This document shows, one piece after another, positions 45,443 through 46,662 of a DNA stretch of 46,662 bases. The stretch's first letter is position 1, and the number at the start of each line of letters is the position of its first letter. The position numbers and the translations under genes are program-made. Source of the DNA: a virus (Duplodnaviria; Caudoviricetes); IMG/VR virus record IMGVR_UViG_3300046058_000046, positions 1 to 46,662 of that record; one strand, 5' to 3'. Under the pieces are notes generated by a model. That model saw only the letters and a list, made by a program, of their open reading frames with translations. It did not search any database and was not told the DNA's origin.

Positions 45443-45751
45443 TTACTCGTCGTTCCGGAGGTACTCATCGTCTTCTCGGGCCCGGACGACCGCCTTGTAG
45501 CTATCATCCTCCTGCTGGGCCGAACGCACAATCACGTTCTCTTTCCCGAACCGGCGATAAAGAAGGTTGCGCAGATTCTGGATGTCGTTCTGCTCCAGAT
45601 CGGAGAGTACGATCGCTTCACCATCGTCGATCTCACCCCACTTCTGGGCAATAGGCTCATACTTGGACGTACGGCCCCGTCCTCCGCTCGCCCCGAGTTC
45701 ACGTTCAGCTTCCTGTTGGTCCATGACTTCCATTTGAAATTCTGTGTCCAT
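45443..45751 (-). CDS. Host hypothetical protein
   Basis: Acidic ATG ORF outside attR. Confidence 0.75.
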   Translation of the reverse strand: MDTEFQMEVMDQQEAERELGASGGRGRTSKYEPIAQKWGEIDDGEAIVLSDLEQNDIQNLRNLLYRRFGKENVIVRSAQQEDDSYKAVVRAREDDEYLRNDE

Positions 45752-45928
45752 GATTCTAAGTACGATCGTTAGTGAATAACCGCTGAGATTTGGAATTTAT
45801 ACCTGATTGAAAGGTTCCTCCCTTCTTCCTCCTTCATTTAATGTCTATATCCACTGTTTCGAAATTAAACGGGATTCATCCTACCTACAATGCGCTTCCG
45901 CAGTCCCGGTACAGACTCATTCGCGTGA

Positions 45929-46276
45929 TTACGTACCGATATTAAAAACGTATCCGTGCTCAATTTCCCCCGCCTCTTGACCGTCGATGATCACGACAGA
46001 TCGGAAATGCTCGACCTGTTCAAATCGTTCTTCAACTTCGCAAAAGGTAATGGTGGCATCTGGAAAGTCTGCCGACAGTTCCTTACACGGGGCCTTTAAG
46101 CTTGTACTGTCTTCCAGGGCACTCGCAACGGCGAATTTGAGGGACGAGGGTCCGCCATCCTCCCCGTCCTCCGTCGGTTGAGGCTCGAACCCATGCTCTT
46201 CAAGAATCGGGTGCGTGCGCACAGCATCGGGATCCTTGGGGTTCGACACCAGCAGGTACGTTACGACAGTCGCCAT
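45929..46276 (-). CDS. Host hypothetical protein
   Basis: ATG ORF preceded by CAGGAG. Confidence 0.75.
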   Translation of the reverse strand: MATVVTYLLVSNPKDPDAVRTHPILEEHGFEPQPTEDGEDGGPSSLKFAVASALEDSTSLKAPCKELSADFPDATITFCEVEERFEQVEHFRSVVIIDGQEAGEIEHGYVFNIGT

Positions 46277-46410
46277 TGGTGAACTCCTGTGGGCTAATTG
46301 ATGATTGTAAGACGCACATCTACCGATGTGTGAGTTCGTTCGTGTCCCGACGGCCGTCGGGATCGCCGATCGTGCTCTGAGGGTTCAGCCGGCTTTGCAT
46401 CTGGGCGTAT

Positions 46411-46488
46411 GGGACACGGGGATTGGGAGACGCGGGGACGCGCCCTGCGTGGCATGTTCTCCGCGTCCCCCCATCTCCGTGTCTTCCC
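46411..46488. repeat. Host intergenic long imperfect inverted repeat (REP-like)
   Basis: GACACGGGGATTGGGAGACGCGGGGA pairs imperfectly with TCTCCGCGTCCCCCCATCTCCGTGTC. Confidence 0.5.
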
Positions 46489-46662
46489 TGCAAGGTTGGG
46501 GACATCGGGGATTTTCCCGAGGAGTTGGTTTTGTTTAAACGTTCTCACATATCGGTAGTCCGTTCTTCCGTTCTCTCTCAGGCTCCAGGCGACGTTAATG
46601 AATGTACTGGATTGTCAAGTCTCATTCTTCAGGTCTGACGCGATCTCAAAATTCCAGGGCAA

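Overview
Nearly the whole window (2-45314) is an apparently complete ~45.3-kb temperate prophage bounded by a 54-bp direct repeat. The repeat encodes the C-terminus of a host protein (VDYSGQLQKAQMDSVED*), and ~1.3 kb of host DNA follows it. High GC and very acidic proteins suggest an extreme halophile such as Salinibacter/Rhodothermota (inference). From right to left the layout is: tyrosine integrase; low-GC membrane morons; a cI (HTH+S24)/cro switch; an early operon with a tRNA-Gly-like RNA, an SSB-tailed protein, a replication initiator with iterons and many small genes; terS, accessory genes and terL; portal, scaffold, major capsid, two adaptors, tail hub and tail spike; a lysis cassette; and three probable ejection proteins. 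The last of these is a 2787-aa polyvalent protein with zincin-like and PBECR-like RNase domains. No tape-measure or sheath genes are visible, so the virion is probably podovirus-like. The most unusual signals are: (1) a promoter/cloverleaf/U-tract small RNA encoded antisense inside the giant gene directly after its RNase domain; (2) overprinted ORFs in the linkers of that gene; (3) a lysogeny moron ending in the same peptide motif that is repeated in the giant ejection protein; (4) an 11-copy strand-polarised 14-bp quasi-palindrome; (5) a GTGAAGGGG+hairpin element ~60 nt upstream of head genes; (6) two structured intergenic RNA candidates; (7) a tRNA-Gly mimic with a 16-nt anticodon loop. All family assignments come from reading motifs by eye; no searches were run.
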